Notes under the pieces: model-generated | The model's input: only the letters and a program-made list of their open reading frames with translations | Told to the model about the DNA's origin: nothing | Database searches by the model: none | Position numbers and translations under genes: made by a program | DNA from: an uncultured Alphaproteobacteria bacterium | GTDB lineage: Bacteria > Pseudomonadota > Alphaproteobacteria > Acetobacterales > Acetobacteraceae | Direction of reading: 5' to 3' | NCBI GenBank assembly: GCA_963780805.1 | Contig: CAWADP010000017.1 | Span: 16,944 to 80,943 of the forward strand | Length of the DNA: 64,000 nucleotides | Shown here: positions 1 through 9,229 of the stretch, one piece after another | How the letters are laid out: every line of letters starts with the position of its first letter | Numbering within the stretch: the first letter of the stretch is position 1

Positions 1-167
1 GGGACTACCAGGCCGGCGCCTGGCAGCGGGACCTGGGCTTGCGCATCGACCACACGCTGTTGTCCCCGACCCTTGCCGAGCGCCTGGTTGCCGCCGCCCC
101 GGACCGCGAGGAGCGCGCCCAGCCGCAGCCCTCCGACCACGTGCCGGTGGTGGTCGAACTGCACTGA
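1..167 (+). CDS. xthA: exodeoxyribonuclease III / AP endonuclease, C-terminal end (5' part outside window)
   Basis: Frame 3 reads DYQAGAWQRDLGLRIDHTLLSPTLAERL...SDHVPVVVELH, stop TGA 165-167. RIDH..LS and SDH.PV are the conserved C-terminal His region of ExoIII-family nucleases. Confidence 0.7.
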   Translation, partial: DYQAGAWQRDLGLRIDHTLLSPTLAERLVAAAPDREERAQPQPSDHVPVVVELH

Positions 168-241
168 GGCCGCCGGCCGGCGACTTGGTCGAGCTTGACC
201 CACATGAGCGTCACGATACGGCACGCGGAGGGTGAGAACTG

Positions 242-324
242 CCCCCCTTGTGGGAGGGGGAGGGGCCGAAACGAGAAGACATCCTGTGTTGCGCCCCCTT
301 CCCCTCCCACAATGGAAGGGGGAG
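242..324. repeat. REP-like imperfect palindrome, family A (CCCCTCCC...GGGAGGGG arms)
   Basis: Arms ccccccttgtgggagggggaggggc (242-266) and gcgcccccttcccctcccacaatggaaggggg (291-322). Related copies at 30905, 38065, 39641, and a partial one at 59521. Confidence 0.7.
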
Positions 325-438
325 TATTCTTGGCTGCCCCCATCCGTTGCGGTCGCGGCCAACAATATCCACAGCATTTTGTGGTCGCGCGCCCGATTGG
401 TGTTGACCCACGCCGCGCCCCCGGATACCTCCGACTCG

Positions 439-1155
439 ATGGCAACCGTCGAGTCCCCTTCCTTCATCCGGCTGCGTGGCCGGTCCTTCATGGCCCTGGT
501 GCTCGCGCCCGAGACGCCGCTTGCCACCTGGATCACCTCGCTTGACGCGCAGATCGAACGCTCGCCGTCGTTCTTCGACAACCGCCCGGTAGTGCTGGAC
601 CTCGCCGGCCTGCCGCGCGAGCAACCGGACATCGAGGGCCTGATGACGGCGCTCGAAAGCCGCGGCATCCGCGTGATCGGGACCGAGGGCGCCCATCCGT
701 CGTGGCAGGGCGTCGAAACCTGGGGTCGCCCGTTGCCCAGCGGCGGACGCGCCACCCGCGACGTCACCCCGCCCGACGAATCCGTCCGCCAAACCGCCGC
801 GTCGGAACCATCCGCCGCCGAACCTGCCGGGGGCCTGCTGATCGCGAACCCCATTCGCTCCGGCCAGTCGGTAGTGTTCGAGAAGGGTGACGTGACCGTG
901 GTCGGCTCGGTCAGTTCCGGCGCCGAGGTCATCGCTGGAGGCTCGGTGCACGTTTACGGCGCACTCCGCGGCCGGGCGATCGCCGGGTTCGCCGGCAACC
1001 CGCGCGCCCGCATCTTCTGCCGCCGCCTGGACGCCGAACTGCTGGCGATCGACGGGGTTTACCAGACCGCCGACGACATGGACGCCAACCTGCGCGGACG
1101 CGCGGTGCAGGCTTGGCTGGAAGGCGAGCAAATGCGCATCACTGCCCTGGACTGA
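439..1155 (+). CDS. minC: septum site-determining protein MinC
   Basis: In ORF 232..1155. The ATG at 439 gives MATVESPSFIRLRGRSFMALVL. C-terminal beta-helix region GDVTVVGSVSSGAEVIAGGSVHVYGALRGRAIAG. Immediately upstream of minD and minE. Confidence 0.88.
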   Translation: MATVESPSFIRLRGRSFMALVLAPETPLATWITSLDAQIERSPSFFDNRPVVLDLAGLPREQPDIEGLMTALESRGIRVIGTEGAHPSWQGVETWGRPLPSGGRATRDVTPPDESVRQTAASEPSAAEPAGGLLIANPIRSGQSVVFEKGDVTVVGSVSSGAEVIAGGSVHVYGALRGRAIAGFAGNPRARIFCRRLDAELLAIDGVYQTADDMDANLRGRAVQAWLEGEQMRITALD

Positions 1156-1174
1156 AAGACGAGGGGGAGAGCAA

Positions 1175-1990
1175 ATGGCCAAGGTTGTGGTCGTGACTTC
1201 CGGCAAAGGCGGCGTTGGCAAGACGACGTCCACCGCGGCGCTGGGTGCCGCGCTGGCGCAGGAAGGCGCCAACGTCGTGGTGGTGGATTTCGATGTCGGA
1301 CTGCGCAACCTGGACCTGGTTATGGGCGCCGAACGCCGCGTGGTGTTCGACCTGATCAACGTGGTGCAGGGCGACGCCAAGCTGCCGCAGGCGCTGATCC
1401 GCGACAAGCGTGTCGAGACGCTGTCGCTGCTGCCCGCCTCGCAGACCCGCGACAAGGACTCCCTGACCGTGGAGGGCGTGCAGAAGGTCATCGCCGAACT
1501 CCGGGAGAAGTTCGACTGGGTGATCTGTGACAGCCCCGCCGGCATCGAGAAAGGCGCGGTCATGGCCATGCGCCATGCCGACATCGCGATCGTGGTGACC
1601 AACCCGGAAGTGTCCTCGGTGCGCGATTCGGACCGCATCATCGGCCTGCTGGATTCGAAAACGGAGAAGGCGGAAAACGGCGGGCGCATCGAGAAGCACC
1701 TGCTGCTGACCCGCTATGACCCGATCCGCGCGGCCCGCGGCGAGATGCTGAAGACCGAGGACGTGCTGGAGATTCTCTCCATTCCCTTACTCGGCATCAT
1801 CCCGGAGAGCGAGGAGGTGCTGCGGGCTTCCAATCTCGGTTCCCCGGTCACGCTGCTGAACCCGAACAGTGCGCCGGCCCGTGCCTATCGCGACGCGGCC
1901 AAGCGGCTGGGCGGCGCTAAGTTGGAAGTGGTGGTACCGCTGGAACGCAAAGGATTCATCGGCCGGCTGTTCGGGAGGAAGGTGGCATGA
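1175..1990 (+). CDS. minD: septum site-determining ATPase MinD
   Basis: 271 aa with deviant Walker [24 protein letters not shown] just upstream. Confidence 0.97.
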   Translation: MAKVVVVTSGKGGVGKTTSTAALGAALAQEGANVVVVDFDVGLRNLDLVMGAERRVVFDLINVVQGDAKLPQALIRDKRVETLSLLPASQTRDKDSLTVEGVQKVIAELREKFDWVICDSPAGIEKGAVMAMRHADIAIVVTNPEVSSVRDSDRIIGLLDSKTEKAENGGRIEKHLLLTRYDPIRAARGEMLKTEDVLEILSIPLLGIIPESEEVLRASNLGSPVTLLNPNSAPARAYRDAAKRLGGAKLEVVVPLERKGFIGRLFGRKVA

Positions 1991-2295
1991 ACCTGATCAC
2001 CCTGTTCCGCCGCCGCAGCTCCGCCCCCGTGGCGCGCGAGCGGCTGCAAGTGCTGCTGGCGCATGAACGGGCGCTGACCGGCCGCTCCGACCTGCTGGCG
2101 ACGCTGCAGGACGAGATCCTGGCGGTGATCGCCAAGCATTTCACCATCGACCGCGACAAGGTGCAGATCAAGCTGGACCGCGGCGAGAACGTCTCCACGC
2201 TGGAGATCGACGTCGAGGTACCCGAGCCTGGTCGGGATGAAGGCCGCCGCCGGGGCTTAGAGGAACGGCGTCGAGGAAGCAGAAAAAAGGCATAG
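1987..2295 (+). CDS. minE: cell division topological specificity factor MinE
   Basis: ATGA overlap with the minD stop. N-terminus [28 protein letters not shown] is typical of MinE. Unusually basic C-terminal tail. Confidence 0.92.
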   Translation: MNLITLFRRRSSAPVARERLQVLLAHERALTGRSDLLATLQDEILAVIAKHFTIDRDKVQIKLDRGENVSTLEIDVEVPEPGRDEGRRRGLEERRRGSRKKA

Positions 2296-2504
2296 CCTTC
2301 TCTCTTGCGTCAGGGATTTGCACCGGCGCCGTCGACGCCGGAGGCGATACAGCAAGCGTTGGAGCAGTAAGCAGAGCAAGCGTGGCGGGCACGCAGCGCC
2401 GACAGGCAGCGCAAGTCTCACCAAGGCTGTGCGCGGCATCAGCGGCATCATGGACCAGCAAGGTCGGCGCGTCTTGAAACTGTCCGCGGCTCGCGGTCGG
2501 TTGA

Positions 2505-2802
2505 ATCGCGGCCTACAAGGCGGCGTTCCCGCTGAGCTGGGGACCTCTGGTGTGGGCTGGCGGAGTGTTGCCGCTTCAGGCGCCGGCGACGGGCGTGGCG
2601 AGTTTATTCAACTGGCTGGCCAATTTGTTCGTCGCGCTGACGTTTCCGGTATTGCTGGCGGCCGGCGCAGGCGCGGTGTTCGAAGTGCTCGGCTGCCTTG
2701 TTTTTTTGGCGTTTTTCTTCGCGCGCTCCCTGCTGCATGAAACCACTGGTCGCAGTCTGGGAGCAGATCGAGCTGCAGGACGCTCCGTTGACGGTGGGGT
2801 AA
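2505..2802 (+). pseudogene. remnant of the C-terminal about 100 aa of an MFS sugar-porter-type transporter (N-terminus absent, internal frameshift near 2760)
   Basis: AAFPLSWGPLVWAGGVLPLQAPATGVASLFNWLANLFVALTFPVLL...FFFARSLLHETTGRSL resembles the last two TM helices and the PET.GRSLE.IE tail of sugar porters. EQIELQDAPL continues in another frame. In-frame stop at 2502 upstream. Confidence 0.5.
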
Positions 2803-3440
2803 TCCGCTGGCGGTGGAGTAATACGAAGCACCCGAATGGCCGCTTTCTGTAGCGGCCTCCGCATCCGCCATTGCAAGTTGGCCACCCGCGGGCGGTGGCC
2901 GACCCGCCGTGAATGAAACGGTCATCGGAGCAGAAGGCTTCCCCAGCCCCCAACGGGCTTGGGCTGCGAAGCGGACCAAGGTTGGGAGAGGCGTCGAAAA
3001 GACGACATGTTTCGCCCTCGGCTCGCGGGCCGCTCCCGGGGAGAAACCTTGTTTCTCGCCAGGAGCGAGGCGACGAAGCAATCTTCTGCGTAAGTCGGCC
3101 ATGAGCGGTTACTCTGACCGGCGATTGGTTTGTCGTTTCGCTTCCGCTCAACGACATGTTGTGTAGATCTCACGTTCCAGCGCCCACACTGGCATGAGCG
3201 CCGGCGAACAACTGTGCTGAACAGGAACTAATCGCCCGATTCGAGTATTTTTATTCGGATTTTGGAAGATTTTATTGCGCGATCATTAACCGTGCGTACT
3301 TCTTTCGTCGCCTTAATATTCGCAATCCCCAAAAAGGGGCAAATGGATCAAATGAATGCGATTCCACTTGTTCCCCGTGCCCATCAGCGTCAAAAGTGAA
3401 CGCTGGTTTATAATGCTACGGCAACGGCCACGGGGGGTCC

Positions 3441-4541
3441 ATGCAACGGATCGTTACGGTTTTACTATGCCTACTGTCTGCCTCTCCCGCGCTGGCGCAG
3501 CGCCAACCACCGCCGCCTCAAGCCGCCACGGCGAACGAAGGCACCGTGGGCGTGATCACCGGCATGGAGGGCGGCACTTACGCACGCACCGGTTCAGATC
3601 TCACCTTGCTCGACGACGACCGGTTGCGCGTGCTTCCCGTGCTTGGGAAAGGTTCGTTGCAGAACCTGTCCGACATCCTCTACCTCAGAGGCATCGATGT
3701 CGGCTTCGTGCAGGCCGACGCCCTGACCTACGCCAAGGAGCACAACCTGTTCCCGGGCCTCGCCCAGAACATCCGCTACATCGCCAAATTGTACGATGAG
3801 GAAGTGCACGTCCTCGCCCGCAAGGATATCGCCCAGATCGCCGGTCTGAACGGTCAGCGCGTCAACGTCGATGTCGCCGGCAGCGGCTCGGCGATGACCG
3901 CGGAAATCCTCCTCGATGCCCTCGGCATCAAGGCGAAAATCGAGCACCAGAAACAGATCATCGGCTTGCATGAACTGGAGCAGGGCGACATCGCCGCCGT
4001 CATTCATGTCGGCGGGGCACCCATTCCGCTGTTCTCGGGGGTGCCCGGCAATCTTGGCCTGCATTTCCTGCCGATCGAACTCACGCCAACTCTGGCGCAG
4101 TCTTATCTGCCGGATCGGTTCACGGCCGACACATATCCCGCATTGGTTCCGTCGGGGGCGCCGGTATCGACGATCGCGGTCGGCGACGTGATGGCCGTGT
4201 TCGCATGGCAGTCTGGCTCGCCGCGGTACGCCAAGGTCGTCCGTTTCGTGAATGACTTCTTCAGCAAGTTCGATGAGTTCCGCCAACCGCCATGGGACCC
4301 CAAGTGGCGGGAGGTGAACCTGACGGCCGAGGTCCCCGGATGGACCCGGTTCCAACCCGCGCAGGACTGGCTGCAGCAGCATGTCGAAGCCGGCAACGCC
4401 AATGTCGCCACGCAAGTCCGGTTCAACCAATTTCTGTCGCAAACCAAGCCGGGGATGGACAACGCTCTGACCGATGCCGCGAAAACCGTCCTGTTCCAGC
4501 AATTCCTCGCCTGGGACCGGCAGCAACCGACGGCACATTGA
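3441..4541 (+). CDS. TAXI-family TRAP-type periplasmic solute-binding protein (orphan, no permease nearby)
   Basis: Signal peptide MQRIVTVLLCLLSASPALA. VGVITGMEGGTYARTGSDL motif and overall pattern of TAXI/NMT1-like binding proteins. Confidence 0.72.
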   Translation: MQRIVTVLLCLLSASPALAQRQPPPPQAATANEGTVGVITGMEGGTYARTGSDLTLLDDDRLRVLPVLGKGSLQNLSDILYLRGIDVGFVQADALTYAKEHNLFPGLAQNIRYIAKLYDEEVHVLARKDIAQIAGLNGQRVNVDVAGSGSAMTAEILLDALGIKAKIEHQKQIIGLHELEQGDIAAVIHVGGAPIPLFSGVPGNLGLHFLPIELTPTLAQSYLPDRFTADTYPALVPSGAPVSTIAVGDVMAVFAWQSGSPRYAKVVRFVNDFFSKFDEFRQPPWDPKWREVNLTAEVPGWTRFQPAQDWLQQHVEAGNANVATQVRFNQFLSQTKPGMDNALTDAAKTVLFQQFLAWDRQQPTAH

Positions 4542-4542
4542 T

Positions 4543-5775
4543 ATGACTGCCCCACAGTCGATACGGCCTTGGCACGCGGCGCTCCGGCTGGGATCGCAGT
4601 CGCGCGGCACAGTCAATCGATCCACCGTCTCTCCTTGGCGCGGGCCTTGGCGCGGGTGCCCTCTTCTTTGGGGGCTGGCACTATTTTCCGCTTGCGTGCT
4701 GTCGATTGGGCATACCTGCCTCGCCGCGGATGACCCGGCGGCCGCAGCAGCGATCCGGGCGGCACGCCCTGACCCGGTCGTAGCCGCGCTGTTGCGCAAG
4801 GTCGAGCAGCAGGTCGCCGAGGGGCATGACATGTCGCCCCCAAAGGACAATGCAATGGAGACCTGGCAACTGGTGATCGACAAGATGCCGTATCCGGTGT
4901 CCGCCGATTTCGCGCGGGCGCTGGCGGATTTCATTGCAGACGTCAAACAACAGTCGGTGCAGGAGTTGGCTGCGAAGAATCAGATCGCCGCGTATGATCT
5001 TTTGACATTCGCCGACCTGGCGGATGGCCAACTGAAGTACTTTCATAACCCTGAGCAATCGACCACTGCGCTCGCCGAGACAGCAATGCAGCCTGTCCCG
5101 CAGCAGTCCACCGCCTCGCCTGCAACGGCGCCGAAGGCAGGCGCCGGGCAGGAGCAAGCGGGTATCCACAGCGCTGTTGCTGTTGATGCGGTGCAACCAC
5201 CCGCCGGTTCGGCCGCAGATCCCAAAATTGCCTCGGAAACGCCTCCACGGGTCCGAAGCGCTGGAATCCAAAACGTTGCGGTTGCCGCCGCTCCAGCCGT
5301 GACGCACCCGTCAGTTACACCGGCGCCGGTTACACAGGCGCCAGGCATGCACCCACCAGTTGCAGACGCACCAGTCACGCAAGCGTCGATCACGCAGCCA
5401 CTGGCCACGCAGGCGCCATTTACGCAGGCGCCATTCACTCAGGCACCAGTCGCGCAGGCACCAGTTACGCACTCGGCCTTTGCGGTACCGGCGTCGCAGG
5501 CCGCTTTGTATGTCAGCCGTGGGGATCAGATGCTGGCCATCAAGGATGTGTCCGCTGCGCGCAAGTTCTTTGAATACGGTGCCGACGCCGGCAGTTCCGT
5601 CGCTGCCGCGGATCTTGCCAAGACCTATGATCCGCTGTTCCTCGGCCGATTGGGGGTGGCAGGCCTGCAACCCGACCTCGAGCAAGCCAGGAAATGGTAT
5701 CGCAAGGCAGCCACGCTTGGTGACGCCGATTCGCAAGCGCGATTGCGCACGCTGAGCGAGCAGGTCTCCCGTTAG
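4543..5775 (+). CDS. Sel1/TPR-like repeat protein with Pro/Thr/Gln/Ala low-complexity linker
   Basis: ATG 4543 sits 1 nt after the upstream stop. Hydrophobic N-terminal segment. TQAP-type repeats at about 5330-5470. C-terminal Sel1 signature ARKWYRKAATLGDADSQARL. Confidence 0.68.
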   Translation: MTAPQSIRPWHAALRLGSQSRGTVNRSTVSPWRGPWRGCPLLWGLALFSACVLSIGHTCLAADDPAAAAAIRAARPDPVVAALLRKVEQQVAEGHDMSPPKDNAMETWQLVIDKMPYPVSADFARALADFIADVKQQSVQELAAKNQIAAYDLLTFADLADGQLKYFHNPEQSTTALAETAMQPVPQQSTASPATAPKAGAGQEQAGIHSAVAVDAVQPPAGSAADPKIASETPPRVRSAGIQNVAVAAAPAVTHPSVTPAPVTQAPGMHPPVADAPVTQASITQPLATQAPFTQAPFTQAPVAQAPVTHSAFAVPASQAALYVSRGDQMLAIKDVSAARKFFEYGADAGSSVAAADLAKTYDPLFLGRLGVAGLQPDLEQARKWYRKAATLGDADSQARLRTLSEQVSR

Positions 5776-5795
5776 TCCAACCGGCTGAGCAGGCG

Positions 5796-6233
5796 TCAGA
5801 TCTCCCAACCGGGACGCGCGGCCGGATATCGTGGCAGTCCGTCTTCCACGCGAATCCACGACAGCCGCGTGCCGTCATGCACATGATCGGCCGGGGGCAC
5901 CTGCTCCGGATCGTCCAGGCTGGCTGACGCGATGTCGATTTCCTTGGAATGCTGATCGCTCTCGAACGTAAGCTGCGTGCCGCATTGCGCGCAGAATCGG
6001 CGAGTGGCGTGCTCGCTGGACCGATAGGCCGCAGGCGCTGTCGCCGTGAAGCGGAACGCCGACCGATCGACGCTGAACCACGCCATCACCGGTGCCCCGG
6101 CCGCGCGCCGGCACATCCTGCAATGACAGATCACGGGGTGGAACGGGGTGCCACCCGCTTCGTAGCGGACGGCACCGCAGAGACAACCTCCGGTCAGCAC
6201 CGCGCCTTCAGGTCCCGATGCCGCCGACCGCAA
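5796..6233 (-). CDS. GFA (glutathione-dependent formaldehyde-activating enzyme-like / CENP-V) family protein
   Basis: Zn-binding Cys pattern GGCLCGAVRY...CHCRMCRR...FCAQCGT. The annotated start overlaps the gabD 3' end by 26 nt. An internal GTG at 6200 is an alternative start. Confidence 0.85.
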   Translation of the reverse strand: MRSAASGPEGAVLTGGCLCGAVRYEAGGTPFHPVICHCRMCRRAAGAPVMAWFSVDRSAFRFTATAPAAYRSSEHATRRFCAQCGTQLTFESDQHSKEIDIASASLDDPEQVPPADHVHDGTRLSWIRVEDGLPRYPAARPGWEI

Positions 6234-7686
6234 GATATTTGACTTCCAGGTACTCTTCGATCCCGTATTTTGACCCCTCGCGTCCCAACCCTGAGAACTT
6301 CATCCCGCCGAACGGCGCCTCGGCAGTGGAGATGATGCCTTCGTTGATGCCGACCAGCCCATATTCCAGCGCCTCACCGACACGGAAGATCCTGCCCACG
6401 TCGCGCGCATAGAAATAGGCCGCAAGCCCGAACTCCGTGTCGTTCGCCAGCTTGATCGCCTCTTCCTCGGTCTTGAATCGGAACAATGGCGCGACGGGGC
6501 CGAAGGTCTCCTCGCGGAAGATCATCGCATCCTTCGGAACGTTTGCCAGCACCGTGGGTTCGAAGAACGTGCCGCCCAGTTTGTGGCGGTGCCCTCCGGT
6601 TACCACGCTCGCGCCGCGCTTCAACGCATCCGCGATGTGCTGTTCCACCTTCTTCACCGCGTCGGCGTTGATCAGCGGGCCTTGCGACACGCCAGGCTCC
6701 ATGCCATTGCCGACCTTCATCGACTCCACCGCGGCCTTCAGCTTGGCGGCGAACGCGTCATAGACGCCCTCCTGCACCAGCAGCCGGTTGGCGCAGACGC
6801 AGGTCTGGCCGGTGTTGCGATATTTGCTGCCCATCGCGCCCTGCACCGCCGCGTCCAGGTCAGCGTCGTCGAACACGATGAACGGCGCGTTGCCGCCCAG
6901 CTCCATGCTGGTCTTCTTGATGGTCGGCGCGCACATCGCCAGCAGCTTGGCGCCGATTTCGGTCGAGCCGGTGAACGACAGTTTCCGAACCAGCGGGTTG
7001 GCGGTCAGTTCCTCGCCCATCGGGCCGGACGGGCCGGTCAGCACGTTGCACACGCCGGCCGGCATGCCGGCGCGCTCGGCCAGCACCGCCAGCGCCAGCG
7101 CGCTGAACGGAGTTTGCGACGCCGGACGGATCACCCCCGTGCAGCCGGCAGCCCAGCCGGGACCGGCTTTGCGGGTGATCATCGCCGACGGAAAATTCCA
7201 CGGCGTGATCGCGGCGAACACGCCGATCGGCTCCTTCAGCACCAGGATGCGGCGGCCCTTGGCGTTCTGCGGGATGGTGTCGCCGTAGACCCGCTTCGCT
7301 TCGTCGGCGAACCAGTCGATGAAGCTGGCGGCATAGGCGATCTCGCCCTTGCTCTCGCTCAGAGGCTTGCCTTGCTCCGCGGTCATGATCACCGCGAGGT
7401 CCTCGGTATTGGCAAGCATCAGGTCCGACAGCTTGCGCAGGATCGCGGCACGTTCCTTCGCCAGCATGGCGCGCCAGGCGGGGTAGGCGCGGGCGGCGGC
7501 CTCGATGGCGCGGCGGGTTTCGGTGGTGCCCATGGCGGGGACCTCGCCGATCGCTTCGCCGTTGGCGGGGTTCTTCACCACGATGGTCTTGCCGCCGTCG
7601 GCCTCGACCCATTTGCCATCGAGGTAGTTCGCCTGACGGAACAGCGTCGGGTCCTGCAAGGGCAGCGGAGAGGTTGGGTTCAGCAT
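6208..7686 (-). CDS. gabD: NAD(P)-dependent succinate-semialdehyde dehydrogenase
   Basis: 492 aa from MLNPTSPLPLQDPTLFRQANYLDGKWVEA. Aldehyde dehydrogenase motifs ITPWNFP, ELGGNAP, and catalytic Cys in GQTCVCANR. Confidence 0.9.
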   Translation of the reverse strand: MLNPTSPLPLQDPTLFRQANYLDGKWVEADGGKTIVVKNPANGEAIGEVPAMGTTETRRAIEAAARAYPAWRAMLAKERAAILRKLSDLMLANTEDLAVIMTAEQGKPLSESKGEIAYAASFIDWFADEAKRVYGDTIPQNAKGRRILVLKEPIGVFAAITPWNFPSAMITRKAGPGWAAGCTGVIRPASQTPFSALALAVLAERAGMPAGVCNVLTGPSGPMGEELTANPLVRKLSFTGSTEIGAKLLAMCAPTIKKTSMELGGNAPFIVFDDADLDAAVQGAMGSKYRNTGQTCVCANRLLVQEGVYDAFAAKLKAAVESMKVGNGMEPGVSQGPLINADAVKKVEQHIADALKRGASVVTGGHRHKLGGTFFEPTVLANVPKDAMIFREETFGPVAPLFRFKTEEEAIKLANDTEFGLAAYFYARDVGRIFRVGEALEYGLVGINEGIISTAEAPFGGMKFSGLGREGSKYGIEEYLEVKYLAVGGIGT

Positions 7687-7856
7687 GGCGCAAGTCCTCC
7701 TTGCCTTGGTTCCCGCCCCTGCCTGCACGGCGGCGGGCCTGGCGGGGATGGGGGCGTTAACCGGAAGATAGGACGGGCGGCACCGAGTGTCAGGGGCGGG
7801 GGCCAGTTGGTCCTTGCCAGGCAGGTTTTTCGTATCTACATTCTGAGGGCGCCGCC

Positions 7857-8165
7857 GTGGGGTATGAATGGGACGAGACGAAGCGACGCAGCAACCTTGC
7901 GAAGCATGGCATCGATTTCACCGAGGTCACCGAGTTTGACTGGTCGTCGGCGTTTGATTGGTCGTCGGCGGTGATCCGGGCGCATCGGCGACGCTTCTAC
8001 GGCGACCGCCGATGGCATGCACTTGGTCCGATCCGTGAGCGATTGCACACCTTGGTCTATACCGAGCGAATGGGACGGACGCGCGTGATCGGTCTTCGCA
8101 AATCGAAGAAGCCAGAGGTCGACACATATGACCACGAGACAGCGCCTGATTCGCCCGACACCTGA
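7857..8165 (+). CDS. brnT: BrnT-family type II toxin (DUF497)
   Basis: GTG start. YEWDETKRRSNLAKHGIDF and LVYTERMGRTRVIGLRKSKKPE match the BrnT pattern. Paired with a downstream BrnA-like ORF. Confidence 0.8.
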   Translation: MGYEWDETKRRSNLAKHGIDFTEVTEFDWSSAFDWSSAVIRAHRRRFYGDRRWHALGPIRERLHTLVYTERMGRTRVIGLRKSKKPEVDTYDHETAPDSPDT

Positions 8166-8439
8166 AGAGGACGCAGAGATCCAGCGCGGCATGGATCAGG
8201 GCCCGGACAATCCGGAATGGACCGCCGAAGACTTCGCCCGTGCCCGCCCTGCCCGCGAGGTGCATCCCGAGCTCGTCGAGGACTACCTGCGTCGCACCCG
8301 AGGCAAGCAGAAGGCCCCGACCAAGGTGCTCGTCTCGCTCCGCCTGGAGCGTGAGGTGGTGGAGCGGCTACGTGCCTCCGGCCCCGGCTGGCAGAGCCGC
8401 GCCAACGACATGCTGCGAAGGGCGGTGCTGGGCGTGTAA
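8128..8439 (+). CDS. brnA: BrnA-family antitoxin
   Basis: DNPEWTAEDFARARPA...RGKQKAPTKVLVSLRLEREVVERLRASGPGWQSRANDMLRRAV is the BrnA_antitoxin pattern. Overlaps the brnT 3' end. Confidence 0.8.
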   Translation: MTTRQRLIRPTPEEDAEIQRGMDQGPDNPEWTAEDFARARPAREVHPELVEDYLRRTRGKQKAPTKVLVSLRLEREVVERLRASGPGWQSRANDMLRRAVLGV

Positions 8440-8536
8440 GGCCGCGTGCAGGTTCCAATCGCCCATCGGGATGTTGGTTCGCACGGCCACCTGAAGCTGA
8501 TCGATTGGAGGATTTTCCCGGCCCCGGAGCGCCAAG

Positions 8537-9070
8537 ATGATGACAACCTTCAGCGTTCCTTCGCTCGCAACAGATCGGCTGAAGCTGCGCGCGTTTCGCG
8601 CGGGCGACCTCGATGCCTATGCCGCGATGCAGACAAACCCAGAAGTGATGCGTTACCTGGTTACCGGCCGACCGTCTACCCGTGTCGAAGTTTGGCGGAC
8701 GATGGCGACTTATCTTGGCCAGTGGGCGTTGCGCGGCCATGGCATGTGGGCCTGCGAGGAAATCGCCAGCGGCACATTTATCGGAAGCGTCGGCATCTTC
8801 CAGCCGCTCGATTGGCCGGAACCGGAGCTCGCCTATTCGCTGGACCAACCGTTCTGGAGACAAGGTTTCGCGACCGAAGCAGCGACGGCCGCTCGCGATT
8901 GGTTGTTCCTGCGGTTTCCCTTGCCTCGGATTGCCAGTTTCATTCGGCCCGACAATCTGGCATCGAAGCGCGTCGCGCAACGGCTCGGCGCGATTTGCGA
9001 ATGCACCTTCGAACTGCGCGGTTCCACCTACGAACATTGGGTACACTACCGGGTCGGAGGAAGCAGCTGA
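8537..9070 (+). CDS. GNAT family N-acetyltransferase (RimJ/RimL-like)
   Basis: TDRLKLRAF..DLDAY...NPEVMRYL...W.CEE...G.FIGSVGI...ELAYSL...WRQGFATEAA is a typical Acetyltransf_3 layout. Confidence 0.85.
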   Translation: MMTTFSVPSLATDRLKLRAFRAGDLDAYAAMQTNPEVMRYLVTGRPSTRVEVWRTMATYLGQWALRGHGMWACEEIASGTFIGSVGIFQPLDWPEPELAYSLDQPFWRQGFATEAATAARDWLFLRFPLPRIASFIRPDNLASKRVAQRLGAICECTFELRGSTYEHWVHYRVGGSS

Positions 9071-9229
9071 ATCGTCCCCCGCGGTGAAGCAAGCGCGGCA
9101 CCGTGCCACCTCCTGCCGTCATTGGCCGCCGTCCGCGTCGAGGCGCACGCCGGCAGCCCGGGTTGACGAACCGCCCGGTCATGACGCCATACTCGACGGT
9201 ATCCCGCGCCCAGGAAACGGACCCACGCC

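Noticed and set aside
211-1689. Long antisense or out-of-frame ORFs such as 211..1689(-), 6583..7974(+), 14140..15438(-), 19708..22065(-), 40667..42019(-), 43528..45654(-), 52699..54921(-)
   Set aside because: They overlap well-supported conserved genes on the other strand or frame. Their Arg/Ala/Gly/Pro-rich products are typical of stop-poor frames in about 70% GC DNA.
2318-2740. ORF 2318..2740(+) starting MHRRRRRRRRYSKRW, downstream of minE
   Set aside because: It has extreme Arg-rich low-complexity sequence and overlaps the frame carrying the recognisable MFS remnant. There is no RBS. Treated as non-coding.
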